From positions 496,001 through 560,000 of the forward strand of contig NW_027191404.1 of the NCBI RefSeq assembly GCF_041146345.1: a stretch of DNA of 64,000 nucleotides. Reading direction: 5' to 3'. Numbering within the stretch: the first letter of the stretch is position 1; every line of letters starts with the position of its first letter. Positions 22,852-34,758 of the stretch are shown here, piece by piece. The position numbers and the translations under genes were made by a program. The DNA is from Neodothiora populina (Eukaryota). The notes beneath the pieces are model-generated. The model was not told where the DNA came from and made no database searches. It was given only the letters and a program-made list of their open reading frames with translations.

Positions 22852-24587
22852 TTTGAGTGTGGATGGTGTTTCCGGTCTTGTATCTCGGCTGTTTTCTTTC
22901 CCGATGTAGCCAGCGCACGGCGCAAGGGTCGTTGGAGGTGTACAGAGGAAGCGCAAAAGGTGCACAAAAGGTACCCCGGTCGGCGCAAACAATCAGGATT
23001 GGACGGGTGAACGTGACTTCGTGGCGTGTGTCGTAATGTGGTGTTCACAGGGCGGCCATGTGACTGGAATGCGATTGAGGGGAAGAGAGAGAGAAGACGG
23101 ACAGAAATTTGGCTCAGGTTTGGGGGGTTGAGCGAGTCGGAGAGGGTTGTTTGGGTGGTGCGAACAAGCAATGAAGCAATCAGTGACAAGGCCAGCAAAT
23201 GCATACCAAGACAACCTGCAAGCAAGCACAACTTTACTGCACTCTGCTGTACACGCTACCGTGCTGGCTGCTGTACAGTACCTTGATCACATCATAATCA
23301 CCTCACTTTTACATGTTTCCTGTGCATACACTTGATTGAATTTTATCATCAATACCTATCTTAAGCTATTCGAATGTGCCATGGTCGCTGTCTCTTCTCT
23401 TGCACACGACTGTAGATACTGCTTGACCTGCGCTACTGTCTCGCTGGTTGAGGCTTCGCCGACCGTTTGCTGAACCACCGCCCCGTGGCAGCGCCAAGCA
23501 TCACTCGCTCACTCTCTGCGGACAAGGTGCGGTGTCTTGAGCTCCACGTAGAGACCAGAGACCAGAGACCACCGTCCGCCGAAAGCTGCGTCGATCACCG
23601 ATCTTGCAGTCGTACTGTACTCGTATGTACAGCACAGTTCAGTACAAGCACAGGGTGCGTGCCCGTGCCGCCGATATGATCCGCGCCGCTTAAGATATTG
23701 CCAAGATTTCCCGCTCCTCTCTCCACGATTTGCTAAGGTACCTTATGTATGTGCTGTCACCATGTGTGCGCTGTCTCGAGTCCCGTCTCCAATGACCGCA
23801 GCGGCGACACTCCCGCTCGAGGCATCTTAATAGTGCTCGCTGTGCTAATATGCTCCAGGAATAAGTCCTTGAGAAGTCATGATCAAACACCCTTTAGGCA
23901 ACTGCTCACTCATTGGACTGACCTAGCTTCGTCCATGTTGCTTCCACACTATGTACAATAAATATATATCTTTTGTCATCCTGGAACTATGCCCAGCATA
24001 TTGTTCAATGGCGAAAGAAATCCCTTTCCCTTGCTCCAGTGCTGACATTGAATTCCAGAGCATGACAAGATGAAGGACCAATTGTTTCGAATTGAAAGGA
24101 ATCTCCATCTATAATAGCACCCGGGCGGTAGGATACAGGGACCTCCAAAGAGGGTGGCCAGCCAGGACATGTGAAGCTTCGACGTCATCTCCGAATGGTC
24201 ACCTCCCAAGGAACATTCATCGAACTGTCCTCTGTTCCACACCCCCTCCGTCTCTGTCGTGGGTACTCGAAGACTTAGCCCGCGTGTCTGTCTTTCTCTC
24301 TCTACCCTCACCGCCGATCAGCTGCAAGGTACGACGGAGTGGCCATCCAAAACCTCCAACACACCTCCAAGACAAGCAACAAGCGAAGGGCATCTGTGTG
24401 GGGTATGCGTCTTGGCGTCACTTCCCCTCTGTTCCTCAAGCTTCTACCGCCCAGGCCCTGGCGTGAGGTAAATACTTTCTGAGCTCCAAATAATTAAATC
24501 AAGCGGCCGTCCCGACAATCATTTGCTCTTCCCACTTACTGTACCTCACAACTTGTCGCATACCGCAATTACTCGCCTTTTTGCAAC

Positions 24588-25822
24588 ATGGCAGCCGCTA
24601 AGCGTAGTCGCGTCTTCTTCGACATCACCATCGGCAAGACCAAGGCCGGCCGTGTCACTTTCGAGCTCGTAAGCCTCTTTACTGCATGATCATCCTGTTC
24701 GACATGTCTTGTTGACATCTTGTAGTACAACGACGTTGTTCCCAAGACCGCTGAGAACTTCCGAGCCCTCTGTACCGGCGAGAATGGCAATGGCAAGTCC
24801 GGCGCTCCTCTCCACTACAAGGGCTCTGGCTTTCACCGTGTCATCAAGTCCTTCATGATTCAAGGTGGTGATTTCACCGCTGGCAATGGCACCGGAGGCG
24901 AGAGCATCTACGGCGAGAAATTCGACGACGAGAACTTTGAACTCAAGCACGAGAAGCCCTTCCTGCTCAGTATGGCGAACGCTGGTCCTGGTATCTCATG
25001 TCTTCCCTGAGCAATTTATCCTGTAGGCTTACAATCCGCACAGGCACCAACGGATCGCAGTTCTTTGTCACCACTGTTCCTACCCCTCATCTCGACGGCA
25101 AGCACGTCGTCTTCGGTGAAGTCCTCGCCGGAAAGAGCATCATCCGCACAGTTGAGAACATCGAGACCGGACCCAATGACAAACCTGCCAAGGACTGCAT
25201 CATTGCCGACTGTGGTGAATTGACCGGCGACGAATACGAACACGCAGCAGACAAGGTCCCTGATGCTACCGGTGACCCGTACGAAGACTTCCCCGAGGAT
25301 CAGAAGAAGGGCGACGAGGAGCTCTCGACCGCCGAGGTCATCAGCATCGCAACCGACCTCAAGACCAGAGGCAGTGACGCGTTCAAGAAGGCCCAACTCG
25401 AATTGGGTCTTAACAAGTACCAGAAGGCTTTACGCTACCTACACGAATGCCCAGAACCACTCGACAGCGACCCACCAGAGACTGGCCCGCAGCTCAACGC
25501 ACTCAAGATCGCCCTTCACAGCAACAGCGCGCTATTGCAGATCAAGTTGAAAGAGTTTGTCGATGCTGAGTCCTCTGCCTCCAATGTGCTTGCCGTCTCG
25601 GGCGTTAAGGGTGCCGAGAAGGGCAAGGCTCTGTACAGACGCGCACTCGCCAGAAAGGGCCTCAAGAACGAAGATGATGCTGTCAAGGACCTTGAAGCTG
25701 CTCTCGAGTGCGTGCCCGGGGACGTTGCCATCCAGAACGAGCTCAATGCGGTCAAGAAGGCGGCAGCCGACAGAGCAAAGAAGGAGAAGGCTGCTTACAG
25801 CAAGTTCTTCACCAGCGATTAA
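24588..25822 (+). CDS. CPR6: Cyclophilin-40/PPIase D with TPR domain; introns 24669-24725 and 24991-25043
   Basis: [46 protein letters not shown] and [10 protein letters not shown], followed by TPR repeats and AAYSKFF. Confidence 0.95.
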
Positions 25823-28553
25823 TTTGGTGGATAATGACTTTTTACGAATACCCTTACACAAAAGCTAGTACCCCCTTCCCCCCAAAAAGCAAGACTCAGG
25901 ATCAATGCATTTTATAGACACAGAAACGCACCAGGCGAAGATGTCATAGACTGACTGCATTTCAACTTCAATTACTCCCAGTTTCCATACCCCGTTGTAC
26001 ATCGAAGCCTATACGGCCCGAGGTTCATCTATGTGTGTTTGCCGCATGCATGCAGCCTTGTCCGCATGCAATTTCTTATACCCCAATCTCCGCGCGTGCA
26101 TACACCAAGGTACTTTAATCATCCTTCACTTCACCAACCATTCTTCTCGATTCCATACGCAGCCAAGACGAGATAAGCCGAGCCGCAATATTACCGCCAC
26201 CTCAAATTGCACTCTGAAATGCACTTTGAAGTCTACCGTACTTGTCTTCCGCTTTTCTCTTACTATTGTCAATGAAGGAATTTTTGAACGTCGATTAGTG
26301 TATCTCCACATCTCGAATTCGGCGACATTGTGGAGTAAGTTTAATACAACCGTGCAGGCATACAATTACAGTGCCCTGGTAGAGCAAGTCTAGCACAGTA
26401 CAATAGCAAGCAGGATGTCAAAAGCGACGGCAGGAGATGCAGCGCTGCGTGCCTATACTACAGGCGAAAACACAATGTCCATTGCACTGCTTGTACAGTC
26501 CTCTGCCAATAATTCACAGCATGGAGTGCCTAAACCATACCTTACCTTAGGCGACGCCGGCGCGTATAGCGGGAAGAAGTGCGCAGGCTGGCGTACCGAA
26601 AGGTTATACCAGTATGTGGAAGAAAAGCACTTCGTCCGGTGTTGACTCGGTTCGGTAATGGGTCTGTTTTCTCGTACAAGGTTCGACCTTGGTAGCATGG
26701 GTCGTGCCTGTTGCTTGTGCAAGGTATCCGGGAACCACGATGACCATACACAATATTAAAACTCAGGCTTGCAGGTGAACAGCATCCTTGCATTGGTCGG
26801 CGTTTGTGTGTCGCGCGCCAATCATGATGGATGCAATGCAATATCTCGAGATCGATCTTGGCAATCATTACACTGCAAGATCGAGCTACCAAATAGACAT
26901 CTTATGTTTCATGATCCTCTCACCATGATCCCAAGGAGGTGGTGCACATCGCGTGGATGACTTCATTACACCCATAACCCGAAACCATGGCATATCAATC
27001 TGTCTACAAGGTCTTATCGAATCCGGTCAAAAGTAAAGCACAAAAAACAAAAACACATTCCAAACTTGACCTCTCCTCTTATCCAAGATGAGTTAGAGTC
27101 TTCCGCTTGCTCGGTGACTCGCTACAAAAGGACATGCTTTGCCGTCACGATAGACTTTGGCGCAGCGCCAGGTAATCTAAACTTCTTTTCGTCCGTACGG
27201 GAGTGCTTCGCGCAGGCTTCTGGCTTTATTGCTGTTTCCTTGGTCAGGGCTAGGCCTGTTCAAGCCAAGTCTGGACACTTGGTCGAGCGCTTTGTTCTAT
27301 CCGACCTGTGGTTCTATTAGACTCGTAAATGGGATGGGTCAGGAATAAGATGAGCACCTTGGTTAAGTGTATGTAAGCGCCGAGGACAGGCCTCCAGGAC
27401 CAAAGTCCTTCGACTGTTACATGGATGATCGTTCGCGTTCATTAGAAACAACGTCTTGGCAGCTGGCTCTTTGTGTTTCGATAATGACAGGGCAATGATA
27501 AAGGCTAAGCTTTGATTTACACATGCAACCACCAATGGGAGAACAACGCTTGAGCACATCGATCCTGAAGCTTCTTAGGATTTTCGCGACAGCTGACCTC
27601 TCTTCTCTTACGACATCTATAAGTACGACCGAGTGCTACCTCCGTATGGGTAGGGCGGGGAGCAGGATTGCGATACTAGCAATCAAGGGCAAGATAGGAG
27701 AACACCAGGACGTTGTTTTCACCCGCTAAGCTATCTCTTATCGCGCCATGTGCTTGTAAAGAACGGTAAGTGGCGCATCGCGCACGCGTGCTAAACTGTC
27801 TCTATCCCGGCGTCTTGTCCGCGCACACCTTTGCCGGGTAGAGAGGGGGCATCATTTGGGATCTAGGGTAAAGGTAAGCTTCTCTATCTCGCCCATAGAG
27901 CTTGTCTCGCCCTTGTGCATGATGAAATAACCCCGGGCTATTGGGCGCGTCAATTTCTACCAAACGCGCCCGTTTTGGAGCTCTACCTTACTTTTCGCAG
28001 TAGTGTGTACGCCAGGTGAGGCGAGGATTTACCCGTACATAACATGGACTTGTTGTCCTGCTTGCCCAGCGATGGCTATATTCCTCTTGTTTTCCCCTTT
28101 GGTTGACTGTGTCGTCACTCATACTCCTACTAATCCTACAGCCTGCTACACATATTACTATATCAAGCATATGCATTTTTGCTAACCCTCTGCCTACTCC
28201 TGGAACCAACCGTCGGCTCCCGAACAAGTCACGAACGCATGTCTCATATTCATATCGGGAGGCCAAACGTTTTCGTTCATTACTCTGAGACAAGCCCGAG
28301 ACACAAATAATCTTCGAGTATGTGGAAGCCCTCGATATCTTCACACAAACCATGGCTTGAGCACAAGAGCGCCTCGGACTCGGAAGAAGTGGGTGTGACT
28401 CGTCTAGGCTGTGACATCGACCTTGCGCATAGCCGTCTACCCTCTACGCATCACTCTATAGGCACCTCAAGTAAAAAGGGTGCAGGTGCCGCCGTCCATC
28501 AGGGAAAGCATGCTCTCCAGGTCAACATCGTCACGCAAACAAGCACACCCAAC

Positions 28554-29813
28554 ATGGATTCTCCGGTCGTCCCGAGCGGACGACTCCCAGACATTGATGG
28601 CATGCACATGCTGACACCGCCCTCAACACCTCAATCTAAAATTGTAGAACACTTCCATGCAAACCCTCATGTTCAGCGGCCTGTCCTCTCTCACCGAAGA
28701 CGCGCGAGCTCAGACTTCTGCTTTGACATCAAGAACATAGAATTTGACCTGAGCGATGCGCAACTTCTCGGAAGCGGTCTCTGGTCCAAAGTCTACAAAC
28801 TAAGCTCCAGTATTCCTCTTCCCGGATCATCTTCTTCATGCTCGGCGGTGGTACAAGAGGACATAACCACTATGGCCTGGCCACCGTCGCCTCCAATGTC
28901 CATTCGCAAAGATCGCTATCGAGCTGATAGTGGCTTGACTCCTCCAGCCACTCCCCAAAAGCAGACTTCATTCCCGGCTTCATCGTTATCTCTCCCCCGT
29001 GCACTCGCGATCAAGGTCGCCACACGTGACGATGCTCTACCTGTCTTCGAGTCCGAAGCTAAAGTCCTCACTCACTTGCAGTCCTGCTCGCCTGCGGCAA
29101 GCGAAAACTACGTCATCCCTTTCTATGGCCTCTCTATCCGCTCGCGTGCGCTTATCTTCCAGTGTGCAGATGGCGGTTCTCTCGAGAGTCTGATCGCGTC
29201 CACTGCCTCGCGATCGACAGAGGAAAACCTACAGCTCTTTCTGCACATCGCACCACAGTTGATCGAAGGCTTGGCCTTCCTGCACAGATGTGGAGTGGTG
29301 CATGCGGATATCAAGCCTGCTAATATTCTGCTCTCCCGTACCACAGACGCTGCTGCACCTCGTGCAAGATTCGCGGACTTCTCAGCATCCTTCATCTCCG
29401 AGCCGACGGCCGTGACTGCTGCGACTGGTGGAGGCACATGGGCCTTCATGGCACCCGAGCAACTTTCCCGAGATGCAGCACTCGCTTGCCCGACCTTCGA
29501 GTCAGACATGTACAGCTTGGGAGTGACATTGTTGTCCTTGCTCGTTGGCGGAAACCCGTTCGCGGCTGTCGAGGACCGAGGATTGTTCATGTTACGCGAA
29601 GCCGTCAAATTCGGCGATGCGCATGGATTTGCGACGCGAGAGCCTGCGTTTGAGAGACGACTAGAAGTGTCTGATGAAGTGTGGAAGCGCGATAGTGGAC
29701 GTGTTGACAGAGGTGTCACGAGCACGTTTCTGGAGGAGGCACTGAGGAAGAACCGAGAGAACAGAGGCAGTGTGGCTGAATGGGCGGAACGTGTGAGGGA
29801 GGCGCTACAATGA
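28554..29813 (+). CDS. Ser/Thr protein kinase (divergent; DFS in place of DFG)
   Basis: LGSGLWSKV, ALAIK, HADIKPANILL, ADFS, GTWAFMAPE and SDMYSLG; first in-frame ATG at 28554. Confidence 0.9.
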   Translation: MDSPVVPSGRLPDIDGMHMLTPPSTPQSKIVEHFHANPHVQRPVLSHRRRASSDFCFDIKNIEFDLSDAQLLGSGLWSKVYKLSSSIPLPGSSSSCSAVVQEDITTMAWPPSPPMSIRKDRYRADSGLTPPATPQKQTSFPASSLSLPRALAIKVATRDDALPVFESEAKVLTHLQSCSPAASENYVIPFYGLSIRSRALIFQCADGGSLESLIASTASRSTEENLQLFLHIAPQLIEGLAFLHRCGVVHADIKPANILLSRTTDAAAPRARFADFSASFISEPTAVTAATGGGTWAFMAPEQLSRDAALACPTFESDMYSLGVTLLSLLVGGNPFAAVEDRGLFMLREAVKFGDAHGFATREPAFERRLEVSDEVWKRDSGRVDRGVTSTFLEEALRKNRENRGSVAEWAERVREALQ

Positions 29814-30072
29814 CGACCTCCCTTGCCCTCCGAGTTCCCGACGTCTTGAGGGTGTAAGAACGACTTTCCATTTATTGGTTGTTCATACTACAGCTTGGAT
29901 TATTGTTTCGAGCGCGGTGTTATATGCGTTTGATGTCCCGAACCAGGGTTTTTTTTTCTGGGGCCTACCGCGTCAAGGCAGAGAGTACTTAGACAACGAC
30001 CAGGCTCTTCGCCTGCATGCTTCTCGTTGGCTTGTTGCTTTTTACCTTTCTTGAACCCCCTATTGACGACTT

Positions 30073-30090
30073 ACGACGACGACGACGACG
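30073..30090. repeat. (ACG)6 microsatellite in the probable kinase 3' UTR
   Basis: Read directly from the sequence. Confidence 0.85.
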
Positions 30091-30763
30091 ACACCAAGAT
30101 GTCTACCTCATGCCGAGGCAAGAGCCTTGGTGGAGATTGCTCATGTTACTTGTCTTGTTTCTTGCTGTTACGCTATTTATCGAGTCTGGATTGATGGCGA
30201 AAACATATTTTATGATACCCTCGCTAAGCTAGTAGGCAGTGGATGCTACACTATACCAGAAATTGGACAGACTTTATATACACTTCGGACTCTTTGACAA
30301 TTTCAAATTGGCTATATACATATGGCTGTCTTGAGCGAGTTATGATGTACATCGATCACATTATTGCGATTTACGATTCGAGCCCGAGTGTGGTAAGGTA
30401 CAGTAAGGTAAGGTACCTACTCGTGAGGTATGCGATGGTCTTGGCAGTATGATGCATCGAAAAGCAAAGATGGAAATGGAAACCACCCCGCCGACTCACC
30501 GCCTTCCCGAAACAAACTGGCGATGACACACGATCGGGTTCGCCGCCCCTCCACGTCCGCCGCACACACGACATCTATACCTCTTTCCATAAAACTTCCA
30601 CTCCTCTCACCATCGCACATATTACCTATCTTAGTTCCCTTGCCACGTAGCATATCAATTCACCTAACCCAAAAGTTCGTTTCTGAAAGCTTCAATCTTT
30701 CAGACCATCACAGCTTCATCACCGAAAACATCTCAAAAGTAGTCTCTGACATCATCTTCCAAT

Positions 30764-31355
30764 ATGTCTGACTGGGATACCGTCACCAAGATCGGAAGCA
30801 AGGCTCGCAGCGGCGGCGCTGGTCCTCGCGAGACTGTCATCAAGGGCAAGAGTGCCCTCAATGCCGCTCAACGTACAGGAGCAATCGTTGGCACAGAGAA
30901 GAAGTTCGGCGCCGTCAACGTAAGCTCCCTTTTCTCCCGTCACAGAGCTCTAAACTCGACCCAAACTCTTCGCACACAGCACGATCCAAGAGCAACAGGA
31001 TAAGACATGACTGATAACCACAAAACAGGCAGCACAAAAGGGTGGAGAAGGCCAACACTTGACCAAAGTAGACCGAAGCGAAGACATCGTCGCTACGAAA
31101 AAGGTGCCCGACGATGTAGCAAAGGCGCTACAAACAGCACGCGCGAGCATGAAGAACGCCAAGGGAGGCACCATGACGCAAAAGGACCTCGCAGCCAAGG
31201 CATCCGTTGATGTCAAATACATCACTGCTCTCGAGCGACCCGGTGCCGACTTCCCCGCCATGGACTTTGTCAACAAGATCCAAAAGGCCGCCAACGTCAG
31301 ACTCACCGGCACGAACATTGGTGGACCCATGTTCGGTCCTAAGAACAAGAAGTAA
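30764..31355 (+). CDS. MBF1: Multiprotein bridging factor 1; intron 30920-31028
   Basis: MSDWDTVTKIG...ALNAAQRTG...EGQHLTKVDRSEDIV...MTQKDLA helix-turn-helix. Confidence 0.95.
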
Positions 31356-32008
31356 AGTTGAAGAATATCTAGTGTTTTGCTACGCTTGTGTTCTTGTCTT
31401 CTACACGATCATCTTGTCTACCCTTTGACTCGGAAGAGAGGGACTCTTCTAGGGAACACATGGATTCGATGGAGATATGACGCTGCGGACTTTGGCTTCT
31501 TTCTCGCCTATCACCGGCTGCGCATATGAAAGCTGATCCGCATACTTCCCCAAGAGGAAATGGCCATGTCTTTTCTCTTTGTTGTGGTATGACTGCACAA
31601 AAACATGATGCATGACTTTGGTCTTATATATTTTTGAGCGGGCGTTTTTGGCTTGTTCTTAGAATTAAAGTCATGACGAATTAAATGGGTTTCCAACTAC
31701 TACACAAATCAAAGATTATTTCCACGAGGGAATGAAGGAGTGAAGAATATAAGTTCCTGCTTGCTCTTTTCGCCTCTTTTCCGCCGTTTGCTTCGAGGGC
31801 GCGGATTCGCTCGAATTAAGATGATAACCATACAATGTTCCTTCCAGGGCCCACTCGATGGAAGTTTTTCCAACATCATGTGCTTGTAGACGATGGCAAA
31901 ACGACGACGACGGCGTCAATGCTGGCGCTGATGCAAGGACGAACTTCACCCGAGACGCAAAAGGAAGAAAGAAAAAGGGAAGGAATCGATCCAAAGGGTT
32001 AAGAATAC

Positions 32009-32646
32009 AGATGCCTACCTACAGTACCCATGCCGCCCCCCCTTGATAAGATACACATAGCCCTCTATGCCTCCATCATCAGCGTCATACCTTTTTCATA
32101 CTCTTAAACTGTCTGACTTTTGTAACTCTCCTCTTGTCTTCCTGCTTTTCGTTCTGGTGTGGTTCCTATCCACCACCCGGAATAAGATGTACAAAGCCCC
32201 AAACGCCGAGGGTGGAGGGAGACATCGTCTCGTTCTTCGGAAAAGTCTGCTTTTCTTTTGGCTCTAATATGGCTCTTGCCCACTGCTAGATAAGGTTGAA
32301 AATGGAAATACCGATCCGCAGTGTCGAAGGTTGGGAGGTTTTTCCTTTTTGTTGTTACGAAAAGTCTGCTTTCGGCCCTCCTTCGTCTGTTTTTCTCGCC
32401 TTCAATGTAGGTTCTGTGCGGGCTGGGTTTCTCTGCCCTTTTTTTCTTTTCTTGACTGTTTCTGCTGCTCCTGTTTTGTCTTTGCGTGCTGTCAAGATGT
32501 CCGACAGCTTTCTTGCGACATTGTTTTGCTGCTTTCGATGGCCTGGTTCGTTGGGACTTGACGTCGATGACTTGTATGCTAGGGGCGAGAGAAGGGAGTG
32601 GAGGCCATGGCGGTGGAGTACTGAGTGATTGAGTAAGGAGGCGTCT
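32009..32646 (+). ncRNA. Candidate long rod-shaped structured RNA, family unknown
   Basis: Six nested long-range helices with G-U pairs on the + strand; pyrimidine-rich interior with repeated TCTGCTT. Confidence 0.4.
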
Positions 32647-32660
32647 CAGGCTCGTGTGCT

Positions 32661-32757
32661 GATCTGGGGTCTTCCCTTTTCTCTCTGCTTGGTCTGACGA
32701 AGTATGTATTGATCTGGTCGTCCCTTCATTCCTTGCTCGGTCTGATGAAGTATGTGT
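32661..32757. repeat. Imperfect ~50-bp tandem duplication
   Basis: GATCTGG...TCCCTT...TGCTYGGTCTGAYGAAGTATGT occurs twice. Confidence 0.75.
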
Positions 32758-33372
32758 CTCCGTCGCGTGCGCGGCTTCGCTGTCTGCGTTTGCTGTGCCT
32801 TTGGTTTTCTTTGACGCACGGTGTGAGGATTCTGACAGGATGGTGTAGGAGCGGAGATCATGAAGGCACGCGCCACATGAGGCATCTGCTTCTGGCCCAG
32901 TGGCTGATCGGGACAGTCGACCCTGGCTTCCAGTCAGAGATTTAACGTGGGTGTCTTTTTCGTCTCTGCTTTCATTTCTGATGAATCTGGTCCTTGTCTT
33001 ATCGTTATGGCGACATGGCGGCAAATTGCTGCCTTTCAGCAGCTGAAGTAGAGCAGGCCGACCTGGAGAAAGGACGTGTCCGTGGATCTCTCTCGAAGGG
33101 AAGACTTGAGTCAGGGCTGGCGGCCATGATGTTCGATCTTTCTTGCGCATGCGTAGCGAATTATGGACTCAATCTACCATAGCAAATGCCCCTATACGTC
33201 GAGTTGTCACCCGTCCGAATGGACACTTGACCTTGCAGAGGTGCTGCCAACGTTGTCCGCTTGCGTAGCTGATCTCAAAGAAAGCCAGTCCTATTGAAGC
33301 CGAGATGCGATACACAACCGTCGGGCAGAACTGTCGAACTAAGGAACCGGTGCGCCCCCCAAAGCTGATCAT

Positions 33373-34758
33373 CTATGATGCATCGTCGTCGATATCATCG
33401 CTATAGTCTTCCATACCCTGCATGTCATCTTCATCGTAATCGTCGTCGTCCCCATCCTCGTCGTCTTCATCGACATTGCCGTAGTCGTCCTCGTAACTTC
33501 GGTATGGAGCCCTTCCTTGTTGTTGAGCATCTCCCATATTGTGTGCTTCGCACTGTGTTATGGGAACATAATACGGCTGGCTGATACCTGCTTGGCTCAT
33601 CGGCATTGACATGTAGCTTGATGTGCCATAGGCTCGCTCAACATCGCTGCCATACCTCGCCATTGATGGATGAGACTGGAAGTCAGCATATGGTGCTGGA
33701 ATATCATGAGCGCTGCTCAGTGTCGTCGGCACGCTATAGGTTTCTGTGGTTAGAAACGTCGGGACGCATCGCTCATTGGTATATTCTCCAAGCTGCGTGG
33801 AATGCTGAGAGTGCTGGATGTTTGCAAAGGCTTGCAAAGCCAGGTGGCTGGTGCCGCTCATCGCGTACGATTGATCATAGCCCATGGGATAACTCCCGGG
33901 GTCGTAGAAGAGTGTAGACTGCTGCCGCTGTGGCCATGCGACAGATGCGTTTGACGAGGCACGCGATGTGAGAGAGAGATCTTGTGCGTGTCTCCCGGAC
34001 GGATGTCGATGATGCACGTCCACCACAGTCATACTCCCTTGGACTTCCTGCGGTAGTGAGCGAAGTCGCGCTGGCGGTTGTTCATCCTGGGCGCCTTGGC
34101 CCGTGTGCAGATTTGGTGTGCTACTAGATCTGGTTAAGGAGGCAGCACTACTGAGAAACATCAGTACAAGGACATCTGGGTCTTGGGGACAAACCGCGTG
34201 ACGTACTGCGATGTCTGATGCCTCTTCAGCAAGTCAGATCGGTGAAAAGGTTTGTTGCAACCTGCGACTTCACATGTATATCTCCGAGCCTGATGAGTGA
34301 GCTCATGCCGCCTGTCGAGAAAAGTCAGCTTAGTGTAGTGTTCAGTCAGGTCAAGCGAGTACTTGCTTACTTCCTGTGTTCGTTGCGAGTATAAACCTTC
34401 TTCCAATTAGGAGGAAATCGCCAGTTTTGTTCGGTCGCAAGAAGCGTACCTTGCCGCAAATACTACAATTGTGCACTCGCTGTCCCTTCAAGGCTCGTTT
34501 CGCCCTCCCTGTCTTAGTGAGTCCGTTACCCGCGGACGACACACCCTTGTTGTCGGATCTTATCATGTTGTCCTGGTCCGGATTGTTCTTTCTCGTGTCT
34601 GACGAGTTCCTCGCAACGGTTCCGCGATCCCTGTCTCGAGCGGTGACTCGAAACTGGAGCCAATCAAGGGCTGTCGTTGACATTGAAATGTGACGCTTCG
34701 GCATTTCTAGAGTCCGCTTCGGAGGCAGAGAAGGGTTTGCCATACTCAAGGCAAGCAT
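33373..34758 (-). CDS. C2H2 zinc-finger transcription factor (two fingers, acidic C-terminal tail); introns 34449-34397, 34370-34312, 34206-34151; start uncertain
   Basis: Spliced translation gives HNCSICGKVYTRNEHRKRHELTH...YTCEVAGCNKPFHRSDLLKRHQTSH. Confidence 0.88.

Noticed and set aside
22852..22992. N-terminal extensions in the ORF track for NOT3 (also UTP15, GET3, the kinase and the APH gene)
   Set aside because: They begin at non-ATG codons or poorly supported upstream starts; the conserved or best-context N-termini begin at downstream ATGs.
28182..28189. CTAACCCT as a telomerase template
   Set aside because: An 8-nt match in the kinase upstream region is expected by chance; no pseudoknot context seen.
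31895..31933. Micro-ORF MAKRRRRRQCWR upstream of the 32-kb rod
   Set aside because: Derives from an ACG triplet repeat; it is not Rpl41 and has no supporting evidence.
32104..33150. 348-aa minus-strand ORF
   Set aside because: K/R/S/T-rich with no domain; it lies on a T-poor strand where stops are rare. More likely a by-product of the U-rich + strand element, though not formally excluded.
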